DNA of 64,000 nt from Eledone cirrhosa (taxonomy: Eukaryota). The position numbers were made by a program, and so were the translations under genes. The number at the start of each line of letters is the position of its first letter. The stretch's first letter is position 1. The stretch lies in NCBI GenBank assembly GCA_964016885.1, contig OZ024763.1, positions 22,816,001 to 22,880,000 of the forward strand, read 5' to 3'. This document shows positions 16,201 to 32,996 of this stretch, piece after piece. Under the pieces are notes generated by a model. That model was not told the origin of the DNA. It saw only the letters and a list, made by a program, of their open reading frames with translations, and did no database searches.

Positions 16201-19200
16201 ACACAGCGACAGGTGCACTCTGAACACACACACACAGCGACAGGTGCACTCTGAACACACACACAGCGATAGGTGCACTCTGAACACACACACACACACA
16301 GCGATAGGTGCACTCTGAACACACACACACACACAGCGACAGGTGCACTCTGAGCACACACACAGCGACAGGTGCACTCTGAACACACAGACACACACAG
16401 CGATAGGTGCACTCTGAAGACACACACAGCGACAGGTGCACTCTGAACACACACACACACACAGCGACAGGTGCACGCTGAACACACACACAAACAGCGA
16501 TAGGTGCACTCTGAACACACACACAGCGAATTGTGCACTCTGAACACACACACAAACAGCGACAGGTGCACTCTGAACACACACACAGCGACAGGTGCAC
16601 TCTGAACACACACACAGCGACAGGTGCACTCTGAACACACACAGCGACAGGTGCACTCTGAACACACACACAGCGACAGGTGCACTCTGAACACACACAG
16701 CGACAGGTGCACTCTGAACACACAGACACACACAGCGATAGGTGCACTCTGAACACACACACACACAAACACCGACAGGTGCACTCTGAACACACACACA
16801 GCGACAGGTGCACTCTGAACACACACACACAGCGATAGGTGCACTCTGAACACACACACACAGCGATAGGTGCACTCTGAACACACACACACACAGCGAT
16901 AGGTGCACTCTGAACACACACACACACACAGCGATAGGTGCACTCTGAACACACACACACACACATCGATAGGTGCACTCTGAACACACACACACCCAGC
17001 GATAGGTGCACTCTGAACACACACACACACACAGCGATAGGTGCCCTCTGAACACACACACAGCGATAGGTGCACTCTGAACACACACACACACAGCGAT
17101 AGGTGCACTCTGAACACACACACACAGCGATAGGTGCACTCTGAACACACACACAGACAGCGACAGGTGCACTCTGAACACACACACAGCGACAGGTGCA
17201 TTCTGAACACACACACACACACAGCGATAGGTGGACTCTGAACACACACACACACAGCGACAGGTGCACTCTGAACACACACAAACACAGCGATAGGTGC
17301 ACTCTGGACACGGACACACACACACACAGCGACAGGTGCACTCTGAACACACACACACACACAGCGATAGGTGCACTCTGAACACACATACACACACACA
17401 GCGACAGGTGCACTCTGACCACACACACACAGCGATAGGTGCACTCTGGACACACACACACACACACAGCGACAGGTGCACTCTGAACACACACACAGCG
17501 ACTGGTGCACTCTGAACACACACACACACAGCGATAGGTGCACTCTGAACACACACACGGCGACAGGTGCACTCTGAATACACACACACACAGCGACAGG
17601 TGCACTCTGAACACACACACACACAGCGACAGGTGCACTCTGAACACACACACACACACAGCGATAGGTGCACTCTGAACACACACACACAGCGACAGGT
17701 GCACTCTGAACACACACACACACACAGCGATAGGTGCAATCTGGACACACACATACAGCGACAGGTGCACTCTGAACACACACACACACAGCGACAGGTG
17801 CACTCTGAACACACACACACACACAGCGATAGGTGCACTCTGAACACACACACAGCGACAGGTGCACTCTGAACACACACACACACACAGCGATAGGTGC
17901 ACTCTGAACACACACATACACACACAGCGATAGGTGCACTCTGAACACACACACACACACACAGCGATAGGTGCACTCTGAACACACACACACACACAGC
18001 GATAGGTGCACTCTGAACACACACACACACACACAGCGACAGGTGCACTCTGAACACACACACACACAGTGACAGGTGCACTCTGAACAAACACACAGCG
18101 ACAGGTGCACTCTGAACACACACACACAGCGACAGGTGCACTCTGAACAAACACACAGCGACAGGTGCACTCTGAACACACATACACACAGCGACAGGTG
18201 CACTCTGAACACACACACACACACACACACAGCGACAGGTGCACTCTGAACACACACACACACAGCGATAGGTGCACTCTGGACACACACACACACACAG
18301 CGACAGGTGCACTCTGAACAGACACACAGCGACAGGTGCACTCTAAACACACAGACACACACAGCGATAGGTGCACTCTGAACACACACACACAGCGCCA
18401 GGTGCACTCTGAACACACACACACAGCGACAGGTGCACTCTGAACACACACACACACACAGCGACAGGTGCACTCTGAACACACACACACAGCGATAGGT
18501 GCAATCTGAACACACACACACACACAGCGACAGGTGCACTCTGAACACACACACACACAGCGACATGTGCACTCTGAACACACACACACACAGCGACAGG
18601 TGCACTCTGAACACACACACACACAGCGACAGGTGCACTCTGAACACACACACAGCGACAGGTGCACTCTGAACACACACACACACACATACACCGATAG
18701 GTGCACTCTGAACACACACACACACACAGCGACAGGTGCACTCTGAACACACACACACACACACAGCGATAGGTGCACTCTGGACACACACACACACACA
18801 GCGACAGGTGCACTCTGAACACACACACACACAGCGACAGGTGCACTCTGAACACACACACACACACAGCGATAGGTGCACTCTGAACACACACACACAC
18901 ACAGCGACAGGTGCACTCTGAACACACACACACACACAGCGATAGGTGCACTCTGAACACACAGACACCGATAGGTGCACTCTGAACACACACAGAAAGC
19001 GATAGGTGCACTCTGAACACACACACACACACACACACACAGCGATAGGTGCACTCTGAACACACACACAGCGACAGGTACACTCTGAACACACACACAG
19101 CGATAGGTGCACTCTGAACACACACACACACACACACTGCGACAGGTGCACTCTGAACACACACACACACAGCGACAGGTGCACTCTGAACACACACACA

Positions 19201-22200
19201 CACACAGCGATAGGTGCACTCTGAACACACACACACACACACAGCGACAGGTGCACTCTGAACACACACACACACAGCGATAGGTGCACTCTGGACACAC
19301 ACACAGCGACAGGTGCACTCTGAACACACACACAGCGACAGGTGCACTCTGAACACAGACACACACAGCGATAGGTGCACTCTGAACACACACACACACA
19401 CAGCGATAGGTGCACTCTGAACACACACACACACAGCGATAGGTGCACTCTGAACACACACACACACACACAGCGACAGGTACACTCTGAACACACACAC
19501 ACAGCGACATGTGCACTCTGAACACAGACACACACACAGCGACAGGTGCACTCTGAACACACACACACACACACACACAGCGACAGGTGCACTCTGAACA
19601 CAGACACACACACTGCGACAGGTGCACTCTGAACACACACACACACAGCGACAGGTGCACTCTGAACACAGACACACACACAGCGACAGGTGCACTCTGA
19701 ACACACAGCGACAGGTGCACTCTGAACACACACACACACACACACACAGCGACAGGTGCACTCTGAACACACACACACACACACACAGCGATAGGTGCAC
19801 TCTGAACACACACACAGCGATAGGTGCACTCTGAACACACACACACACAGCGATAGGTGCACTCTGAACACACACACACACACACAGCGACAGGTACACT
19901 CTGAACACACACACACAGCGACATGTTCACTCTGAACACAGACACACACACAGCGACAGGTGCACTCTGAACACACACACACACACACACACAGCGACAG
20001 GTGCACTCTGAACACAGACACACACACTGCGACAGGTGCACTCTGAACACACACACACACAGCGACAGTTGCACTCTGAACACAGACACACACACAGCGA
20101 CAGGTGCACTCTGAACACACAGCGACAGGTGCACTCTGAACACACACACACACACACACACAGCGACAGGTGCACTCTGAACACACAGACACCGATAGGT
20201 GCACTCTGAACACACACACACACACAGCGATAGGTGCACTCTGAACACACACACACACACACACACAGCGATAGGTGCACTCTGAACACAAACACACAGC
20301 GATAGGTGCACTCTGAACACACACACACACAGCGATAGGTGCACTCTGAACACAGACACACACACTGCGACAGGTGCACTCTGAACACACACACACACAG
20401 CGACAGGTGCACTCTGAACACAGACACACACACTGCGACAGGTGCACACTGAACACACACACAGCGACAGGTGCACTCTGAACACACACACACACACAGC
20501 GATAGGTGCACTCTGAACACACACACAGCGATAGGTGCACTCTGAACACACACACACACACAGCGACAGGTGCACTCTGAACACACAGACATCGATAGGT
20601 GCACTCTGAACACACACACACACACAGCGATAGGTGCACTCTGAACACACACACACACACACAGCGATAGGTGCACTCTGAACACACACACAGCGACAGG
20701 TGCACTCTGAACACACACACACACAGCGATAGGTGCAATCTGATCACACACACACACACAGCGACAGGTGCACTCTGAACACACACACACACAGCGACAG
20801 GTGCACTCTGAACACACACACACACAGCGATAGGTGCACTCTGAACACACACACACACACAGCGATAGGTGCACTCTGAACACACACACACACACAGCGA
20901 CAGGTGCACTCTGAACACACACACACACACAGCGATAGGTGCACTCTGAACACACAGACACCGATAGGTGCACTCTGAACACACACACACACAGAAAGCG
21001 ATAGGTGCACTCTGAACACACACACACACACACACACAGCGATAGGTGCACTCTGAACACACACACAGCGACAGGTGCACTCTGAACACACACACAGAGA
21101 TAGGTGCACTCTGAACACACACACACACACACACTGCGACAGGTGCACTCTGAACACACACACACACAGCGACAGGTGCACTCTGAACACACACACACAC
21201 ACAGCGATAGGTGCACTCTGAACACACACACACACACACAGCGATAGGTGCACTCTGAACACACACACACACAGCGATAGGTGCACTCTGGACACACACA
21301 CAGCGACAGGTGCACTCTGAACACACACACAGCGACAGGTGCACTCTGAACACAGACACACACAGCGATAGGTGCACTCTGAACACACACACACACACAG
21401 CGATAGGTGCACTCTGAACACACACACACACAGCGATAGGTGCACTCTGAACACACACACACACACACAGCGACAGGTACACTCTGAACACACACACACA
21501 GCGACATGTGCACTCTGAACACAGACACACACACAGCGACAGGTGCACTCTGAACACACACACACACACACACACAGCGACAGGTGCACTCTGAACACAG
21601 ACACACACACTGCGACAGGTGCACTCTGAACACACACACACAGCGACAGGTGCACTCTGAACACAGACACACACACAGCGACAGGTGCACTCTGAACACA
21701 CAGCGACAGGTGCACTCTGAACACACACACACACACACACACAGCGACAGGTGCACTCTGAACACACAGACACGATAGGTGCACTCTGAACACACACACA
21801 CACAGCGATAGGTGCACTCTGAACACACACACACACACACACAGCGATAGGTGCACTCTGAACACAAACACACAGCGATAGGTGCACTCTGAACACACAC
21901 ACACACAGCGATAGGTGCACTCTGAACACAGACACACACACTGCGACAGGTGCACTCTGAACACACACACACACAGCGACAGGTGCACTCTGAACACAGA
22001 CACACACACTGCGACAGGTGCACACTGAACACACACACAGCGACAGGTGCACTCTGAACACACACACAGCGACAGGTGCACTCTGAACACACACACACAC
22101 ACAGCGATAGGTGCACTCTGAACACACACACAGCGATAGGTGCACTCTGAACACACACACACACACAGCGACAGGTGCACTCTGAACACACAGACATCGA

Positions 22201-25200
22201 TAGGTGCACTCTGAACACACACACACACACAGCGATAGGTGCACTCTGAACACACACACAGCGATAGGTGCACTCTGAACACACACACACACACAGCGAT
22301 AGGTGCACTCTGAACACACACACACACACACAGCGATAGGTGCACTCTGAACACACACAGCGACAGGTGCACTCTGAACACACACACACACAGCGATAGG
22401 TGCAATCTGATCACACACACACACACAGCGACAGGTGCACTCTGAACACACACACACACAGCGACAGGTGCACTCTAAACACACACACACACACAGCGAT
22501 AGGTGCACTCTGAACACACACACACACAGCGACAGGTGCACTCTGAACACACACACACACACACAGCGATAGGTGCACTCTGGACACACACACAGCGACA
22601 GGTGCACTCTGAACACACACACAGCGACAGGTGCACTCTGAACACAGACACACACATCGATAGGTGCACTCTGAACACACACACACACACACAGCGACAG
22701 GTGCACTCTGAACACACACACAACGATAGGTGCACTCTGAACACACACACACACACACAGCGACAGGTGCACTCTGAACACACAGACACCGATAGGTGCA
22801 CTCTGAACACACACACACTCACAGCGATAGGTGCACTCTGAACACACACACACACACACACAGCGATAGGTGCACTCTGAACACACACACAGCGACAGGT
22901 GCACTCTGAACACACACACACACACAGCGATAGGTGCACTCTGAACACACACACACACACAGCGACAGGTGCACTCTGAACACACACACACACAAAGCGA
23001 TATGTGCACTCTGGACACACACACAGCGACAGGTGCACTCTGAACACACACACAGCGACAGGTGCACTCTGAACACACACACACACACAGCGACAGGTGC
23101 ACTCTGAACACACACACAACGATAGGTGCACTCTGAACACACACACACACACAGCGATAGGTGCACTCTGAACACACACACAGCGACAGGTGCACTCTGA
23201 ACACACACACACTGCAATAGGTGCACTCTCAACACACACACACACACACACACAGCGAGGTGCACTCTGAACACACACACACACACAGCGACAGGTGCAC
23301 TCTGAACACACACACACACACAGCGACAGGTGCACTCTGAACACACACACACACACAGCGACAGGTGCACTCTGAACACACACACACACACACAGCGATA
23401 GGTGCACTCTGATCACACACACACACACGACAGATGCACTCTGAACACACACACACACAGCGATAGGTGCACTCTGAACACACACACACACACACAGTGA
23501 CAGGTGCACTCAGATCACACACACACAGCGACAGGTGCACTCTGAACACACACACACACACAGCGACAGGTGCACTCTGAACACACACACACACAGCGAT
23601 AGGTGCACTCTTAACACACACACACAGCGACAGGTGCACTCTGACACACACACACAGCGATAGGTGCACTCTGAACACACACACACGGCGATAGGTGCAC
23701 TCAGAACACACACACACAGCGAGAGGTGCACTCTGAACACACACACACACACACAGCGACAGGTGCACTCTGAACACACACACACACACAGCGATAGGTG
23801 CACTCTGAACACACAGACACCGATAGGTGCACTCTGAACACACACACACACAGAAAGCGATAGGTGCACTCTGAACACACACACACACACACACAGCGAT
23901 AGGTGCACTCTGAACACACACACAGCGACAGGTGCACTCTGAACACACACACAGCGATAGGTGCACTCTGAACACACACACACACACACACTGCGACAGG
24001 TGCACTCTGAACACACACACACACAGCGACAGGTGCACTCTGAACACACACACACACACAGCGATAGGTGCACTCTGAACACACACACACACACACAGCG
24101 ACAGGTGCACTCTGAACACACACACACACAGCGATAGGTGCACTCTGGACACACACACAGCGACAGGTGCACTCTGAACACACACACAGCGACAGGTGCA
24201 CTCTGAACACAGACACACACAGCGATAGGTGCACTCTGAACACACACACACACACAGCGATAGGTGCACTCTGAACACACACACACACAGCGATAGGTGC
24301 ACTCTGAACACACACACACACAGCGACAGGTACACTCTGAACACACACACACAGCGACATGTGCACTCTGAACACAGACACACACACAGCGACAGGTGCA
24401 CTCTGAACACACACACACACACACACACAGCGACAGGTGCACTCTGAACACAGACACACACACTGCGACAGGTGCACTCTGAACACACACACACACAGCG
24501 ACAGGTGCACTCTGAACACAGACACACACACAGCGACAGGTGCACTCTGAACACACAGCGACAGGTGCACTCTGAACACACACACACACACACAGCGACA
24601 GGTGCACTCTGAACACACAGACACCGATAGGTGCACTCTGAACACACACACACACACAGCGATAGGTGCACTCTGAACACACACACACACACACAGCGAT
24701 AGGTGCACTCTGAACACAAACACACAGCGATAGGTGCACTCTGAACACACACACACAGCGATAGGTGCACTCTGAACACAGACACACACACTGCGACGGG
24801 TGCACTCTGAACACACACACACACAGCGACAGGTGCACTCTGAACACAGACACACACACTGCGACAGGTGCACACTGAACACACACACAGCGACAGGTGC
24901 ACTCTGAACACACACACAGCGACAGGTGCACTCTGAACACACACACACACACAGCGATAGGTGCACTCTGAACACACACACAGCGATAGGTGCACTCTGA
25001 ACACACACACACACACAGCGACAGGTACACTCTGAACACACAGACATCGATAGGTGCACTCTGAACACACACACACACACAGCGATAGGTGCACTCTGAA
25101 CACACACACACACACACAGCGATAGGTGCACTCTGAACACACACACAGCGACAGGTGCACTCTGAACACACACACACACAGCGATAGGTGCAATCTGATC

Positions 25201-28200
25201 ACACACACACACACAGCGACAGGTGCACTCTGAACACACACACACACAGCGACAGGTGCACTCTGAACACACACACACACACAGCGATAGGTGCACTCTG
25301 AACACACACACACACAGCGACAGGTGCACTCTGAACACACACACACACACACAGCGATAGGTGCACTCTGGACACACACACAGCGACAGGTGCACTCTGA
25401 ACACACACACAGCGACAGGTGCACTCTGAACACAGACACACACATCGATAGGTGCACTCTGAACACACACACACACACACAGCGACAGGTGCACTCTGAA
25501 CACACACACAACGATAGGTGCACTCTGAACACACACACACACACAGCGACAGGTGCACTCTGAACACACAGACACCGATAGGTGCACTCTGAACACACAC
25601 ACACTCACAGCGATAGGTGCACTCTGAACACACACACACACACACACACAGCGATAGGTGCACTCTGAACACACACACAGCGACAGGTGCACTCTGAACA
25701 CACACACACACACAGCGATAGGTGCACTCTGAACACACACACACACACAGCGACAGGTGCACTCTGAACACACACACACACAAAGCGATATGTGCACTCT
25801 GGACACACACACAGCGACAGGTGCACTCTGAACACACACACAGCGACAGGTGCACTCTGAACACACACACACACAGCGACAGGTGCACTCTGAACACACA
25901 CACAACGATAGGTGCACTCTGAACACACACACACACAGCGATAGGTGCACTCTGAACACACACACAGCGACAGGTGCACTCTGAACACACACACACTGCA
26001 ATAGGTGCACTCTCAACACACACACACACACACAGCGAGAGGTGCACTCTGAACACACACACACACACAGCGACAGGTGCACTCTGAACACACACACACA
26101 CACACAGCGACAGGTGCACTCTGAACACACACACACACACAGCGACAGGTGCACTCTGAACACACACACACACAGCGATAGGTGCACTCTGATCACACAC
26201 ACACACACAACGACAGATGCACTCTGAACACACACACACACAGCGATAGGTGCACTCTGAACACACACACACACACACAGTGACAGGTGCACTCAGATCA
26301 CACACACACAGCGACAGGTGCACTCTGAACACACACACACACACAGCGACAGGTGCACTCTGAACACACACACACACAGCGATAGGTGCACTCTTAACAC
26401 ACACACACAGCGACAGGTGCACTCTGACACACACACACACCGATAGGTGCACTCTGAACACACACACACGGCGATAGGTGCACTCAGAACACACACACAC
26501 AGCGAGAGGTGCACTCTGAACACACACACACACAGCGACAGGTGCACTCTGAACACACACACAGCGACAGGTGCACTCTGATCACACACACACACACAGC
26601 GACAGGTGCACTCTGAACACACACACACACAGCGACAGGTGCACTCTGAACACACACACACACACAACGACAGGTGCACTCTGAACACACACACACACAG
26701 CGACAGGTGCACTCTGAACACACACACACACAGCGACAGGTGCACTCTGAACACAGACACACACACAGCGACAGGTGCACTCTGAACACACACACACACA
26801 GCGACAGGTGCACTCTGAACACAGACACACACACAGCGACAGGTGCACTCTGAACACAGACACACACACAGCGACAGGTGCACTCTGAACACACACACAC
26901 ACACAGCGACAGGTGCACTCTGAACACAGACACACACACTGCGACAGGTGCACTCTGAACACACACACACACACAGCGATAGGTGCACTCTGAACACACA
27001 CACACACACACAGCGATAGGTGCATTCTGAACACACACACACAGCGATAGGTGCACTCTGAACACACACACACACAGCGATAGGTGCACTCTGAACACAG
27101 ACACACACACTGCGACAGGTGCACTCTGAACACACACACACACAGCGACAGGTGCACTCTGAACACAGACACAGACACTGCGACAGGTGCACTCTGAACA
27201 CACACACACACAGCGACAGGTGCACTCTGAACACACACACAGCGACAGGTGCACTCTGAACACACACACACACAGCGATAGGTGCACTCTGAACACACAC
27301 ACACATACACACAGCGATAGGTGCACTCTGAACACACACACAGCGACAGGTGCACTCTGAACACACACACACACAGCGACAGGTGCACTCTGAACACACA
27401 CACACACAGCGACATGTGCACTCTGAACACAGACACACACACAGCGACAGGTGCACTCTGAACACACACACACACACACACACAGCGACAGGTGCACTCT
27501 GAACACAGACACACACACTGCGACAGGTGCACTCTGAACACACACACACACAGCGACAGGTGCACTCTGAACACAGACACACACACAGCGACAGGTGCAC
27601 TCTGAACACACAGCGACAGGTGCACTCTGAACACACACACACACACACAGCGACAGGTGCACTCTGAACACACACACACACACACACAGCGATAGGTGCA
27701 CTCTGAACACACACACAGCGATAGGTGCACTCTGAACACACACACACACAGCGATAGGTGCACTCTGAACACACACACACACACACAGCTACAGGTACAC
27801 TCTGAACACACACACACAGCGACATGTGCACTCTGAACACAGACACACACACAGCGACAGGTGCACTCTGAACACACACACACACACACAGCGACAGGTG
27901 CACTCTGAACACAGACACACACACTGCGACAGGTGCACTCTGAACACACACACACACAGCGACAGGTGCACTCTGAACACAGACACACACACAGCGACAG
28001 GTGCACTCTGAACACACAGCGACAGGTGCACTCTGAACACACACACACACACACAGCGACAGGTGCACTCTGAACACACAGACACCGATAGGTGCACTCT
28101 GAACACACACACACACACAGCGATAGGTGCACTCTGAACACACACACACACACACACAGCGATAGGTGCACTCTGAACACAAACACACAGCGATAGGTGC

Positions 28201-31200
28201 ACTCTGAACACACACACACACAGCGATAGGTGCACTCTGAACACAGACACACACACTGCGACAGGTGCACTCTGAACACACACACACACAGCGACAGGTG
28301 CACTCTGAACACAGACACACACACTGCGACAGGTGCACACTGAACACACACACAGCGACAGGTGCACTCTGAACACACACACAGCGACAGGTGCACTCTG
28401 AACACACACACACACACAGCGATAGGTGCACTCTGAACACACACACAGCGATAGGTGCACTCTGAACACACACACACACACAGCGACAGGTGCACTCTGA
28501 ACACACAGACATCGATAGGTGCACTCTGAACACACAGCGATAGGTGCACTCTGAACACACACACACACAGCGATAGGTGCACTCTGAACACACACAGCGA
28601 CAGGTGCACTCTGAACACACACACACACAGCGATAGGTGCAATCTGATCACACACACACACACAGCGACAGGTGCACTCTGAACACACACACAGCGACAG
28701 GTGCACTCTGAACACACACACACACACAGCGATAGGTGCACTCTGAACACACACACACACAGCGACAGGTGCACTCTGAACACACACACACACACAGCGA
28801 TAGGTGCACTCTGGACACACACACAGCGACAGGTGCACTCTGAACACACACACAGCGACAGGTGCACTCTGAACACAGACACACACATCGATAGGTGCAC
28901 TCTGAACACACACACACACACACAGCGACAGGTGCACTCTGAACACACACACAACGATAGGTGCACTCTGAACACACACACACACACAGCGACAGGTGCA
29001 CTCTGAACACACAGACACCGATAGGTGCACTCTGAACACACACACACTCACAGCGATAGGTGCACTCTGAACACACACACACACACACACAGCGAATAGG
29101 TGCACTCTGAACACACACACAGCGACAGGTGCACTCTGAACACACACACACACACAGCGATAGGTGCACTCTGAACACACACACACACACAGCGACAGGT
29201 GCACTCTGAACACACACACACACAAAGCGATATGTGCACTCTGGACACACACACAGCGACAGGTGCACTCTGAACACACACACAGCGACAGGTGCACTCT
29301 GAACACACACACACACACAGCGACAGGTGCACTCTGAACACACACACAACGATAGGTGCACTCTGAACACACACACACAGCGATAGGTGTACTCTGAACA
29401 CACACACAGCGACAGGTGCACTCTGAACACACACACACTGCAATAGGTGCACTCTCAACACACACACACACACACAGTGAGAGGTGCACTCTCAACACAC
29501 ACACACACACAGCGACAGGTGCACTCTGAACACACACACACAGCGACAGGTGCACTCTGAACACACACACACACACAGCGACAGGTGCACTCTGAACACA
29601 CACACACACACACAGCGATAGGTGCACTCTGATCACACACACACACACAACGACAGATGCACTCTGAACACACACACACACAGCGACAGGTGCACTCTGA
29701 ACACACACACACACACACAGCGATAGGTGCACTCTTAACACACACACACAGCGACATGTGCACTCTGACACACACACACAGCGATAGGTGCACTCTGAAC
29801 ACACACACACAGCGATAGGTGCACTCAGAACACACACACACAGCGAGAGGTGCACTCTGAACACACACACAGCGACAGGTGCACTCTGAACACACACACA
29901 GCGACAGGTGCACTCTGAACACACACACACACACAGCGACAGGTGCACTCTGAACACACACACACACAGCGACAGGTGCACTCTGAACACACACACACAC
30001 ACAACGACAGGTGCACTCTGAACACACACACACACAGCGACAGGTGCACTCTGAACACACACACACACAGCGACAGGTGCACTCTGAACACAGACACACA
30101 CACAGCGACAGGTGCACTCTGAACACACACACACACAGCGACAGGTGCACTCTGAACACACACACACACACACACACACACAGCGACAGGTGCACTCTGA
30201 ACACAGACACACACACAGCGACAGGTGCACTCTGAACACACACACACACACACAGCGACAGGTGCACTCTGAACACAGACACACACACTGCGACAGGTGC
30301 ACTCTGAACACACACACACACACAGCGATGGGTGCACTCTGAACACACACACACACACACAGCGATAGGTGCATTCTGAACACACACACACAGCGATAGG
30401 TGCACTCTGAACACACACACACACAGCGACAGGTGCACTCTGAACACAGACACACACAGCGACAGGTGCACTCTGAACACACACACAGCGACAGGTGCAC
30501 TCCCAACACACACACACACACAGCGAGAGGTGCACTCTGAACACACACACACACACACAGCGACAGGTGCACTCTGAACACACACACACAGCGACAGGTG
30601 CACTCGGAACACATACACACACACAGCGACAGGTGCACTCTGAACACACACACACACAGCGACAGGTGCACTCTGAACACACACACACACACACACAGCG
30701 ACAGGTGCACTCTGAACACAGACACACACACAGCGACAGGTGCACTCTGAACACACACACACACACACAGCGACAGGTGCACTCTGAACACAGACACACA
30801 CACTGCGACAGGTGCACTCTGAACACACACACACACAGCGACAGGTGCACTCTGAAGACACACACACACACAGCGATAGGTGCACTCTGAACACACACAC
30901 ACACACACACACACAGCGATAGGTGCATTCTGAACACACACACACAGCGATAGGTGCACTCTGAACACACACACACACAGCGATAGGTGCACTCTGAACA
31001 CACACACACACTGCGACAGGTGCACTCTGAACACACACACACACAGCGACAGGTGCACTCTGAACACAGACACACACACTGCGACAGGTGCACTCTGAAC
31101 ACACACACACACACAGCGATAGGTGCACTCTGAACACACACACACACACACAGCGATAGGTGCACTCTGTACACACACACAGCGACAGGTGCACTCTGAA

Positions 31201-32963
31201 CACACACACACAGCGATAGGTGCACTCTGAACACACACACACACACAGCGACAGGTGCACTATGAACACACACACACACACAGCGATAGGTGCACTCTGA
31301 ACACACAGACACACACTGCGACAGGTGCACTCTGAACACACACACACACAGCGACAGGTGCACTCTGAACACACACACACAGCGATAGGTGCACTCTGAA
31401 CACACACACACAGCGACAGGTGCACTCTGAACACACACACACAGCGATAGGTGCACTCTGGACACACACACAGAGACAAGTGCACTCTGAACACACACAC
31501 ACACACAGCGACAGGTGCACTCTGAAGACAGACACACGCAGCGACAGGTGCACTCTGAACACAGACACACACACAGCGACAGGTGCACTCTGAACACACA
31601 CACAACGATAGGTGCACTCTGAACACACACACACACACAGCGATAGGTGCACTCTGAACACACACACACAGACAGCGACAGGTGCACTCTGAACACACAC
31701 ACACACAGCGACAGGTGCACTCTGAACACAGACACACACACAGCGACAGGTGCACTCTGAACACACACACAACGATAGGTGCACTCTGAACACACACACA
31801 CACACAGCGATAGGTGCACTCTGAACACACACACACACACAGCGACAGGTGCACTCTGAACACACACACAACGATAGGTGCACTCTGAACACACACACAC
31901 ACAGCGACAGGTGCACTCAGAACACACACACACAGCGACAGGTGCACTCTGAACACACACACACACACAGCGACAGGTGCACTCTGAACACACACACACA
32001 CACTGCAATAGGTCCACTCTCAACACACACACACACACACACAGCGAAAGGTGCACTCTGAACACACACACACACACAGCGACAGGTGCACTCTCAACAC
32101 ACACACACACAGCGAGAGGTGCACTCTGAACACAGACACACACACTGCGACAGGTGCACTCTGAACACACACACACACACACACACACAGCGATAGGTGC
32201 ACTCTGAACACACACACACAGAGACAGGTGCACTCTGAACACACACAGCGATAGGTGCACTCTGAACACACACACACACACACACACACAGCGACAGGTG
32301 CACTCTGAACACACACACAGCGATAGGTTCACTCTGAACACACACACACAGCGACAGGTGCTCTCTGAACACACACAGTGATAGGTGCACTCTGAACACA
32401 CACACACACACACACACAGCGACAGGTACACTCTGAACACACACACACAGCGACAGGTGCACTCTGAACACACACAGCGATAGGTGCACTCTAAACACAC
32501 ACACACACAGCGATAGGTGCACTCTGAACACACACACACAGCGACAGGTGCACTCTGAACACACACACAGCGACAGGTGCACTCTGAACACACACACACA
32601 CACAGCGACAGGTGCACTCTGAACACACACACACAGCGATAGGTGCACTCTGAACATACACACACACAGCGACAGGTGGACTCTGAACACACACACACAC
32701 ACAGCGACAGGTGCACTCTGAACACACACACACACACAGCGACAGGTGCACTCTGAACACACACACACACACACAGCGACAGGTGCACTCTGAACACACC
32801 CACACACACAGCGACAGGTGCACTCTGAACACACACACACACACACAGCGATAGGTGCACTCTGATCACACACACACACACACGGCGATAGGTGCACTCT
32901 GACCACACACACACACAGCGATAGGTGCACTCTGAACACACACACAGCGACAGGTGCACTCTG

Positions 32964-32996
<33 letters not shown>

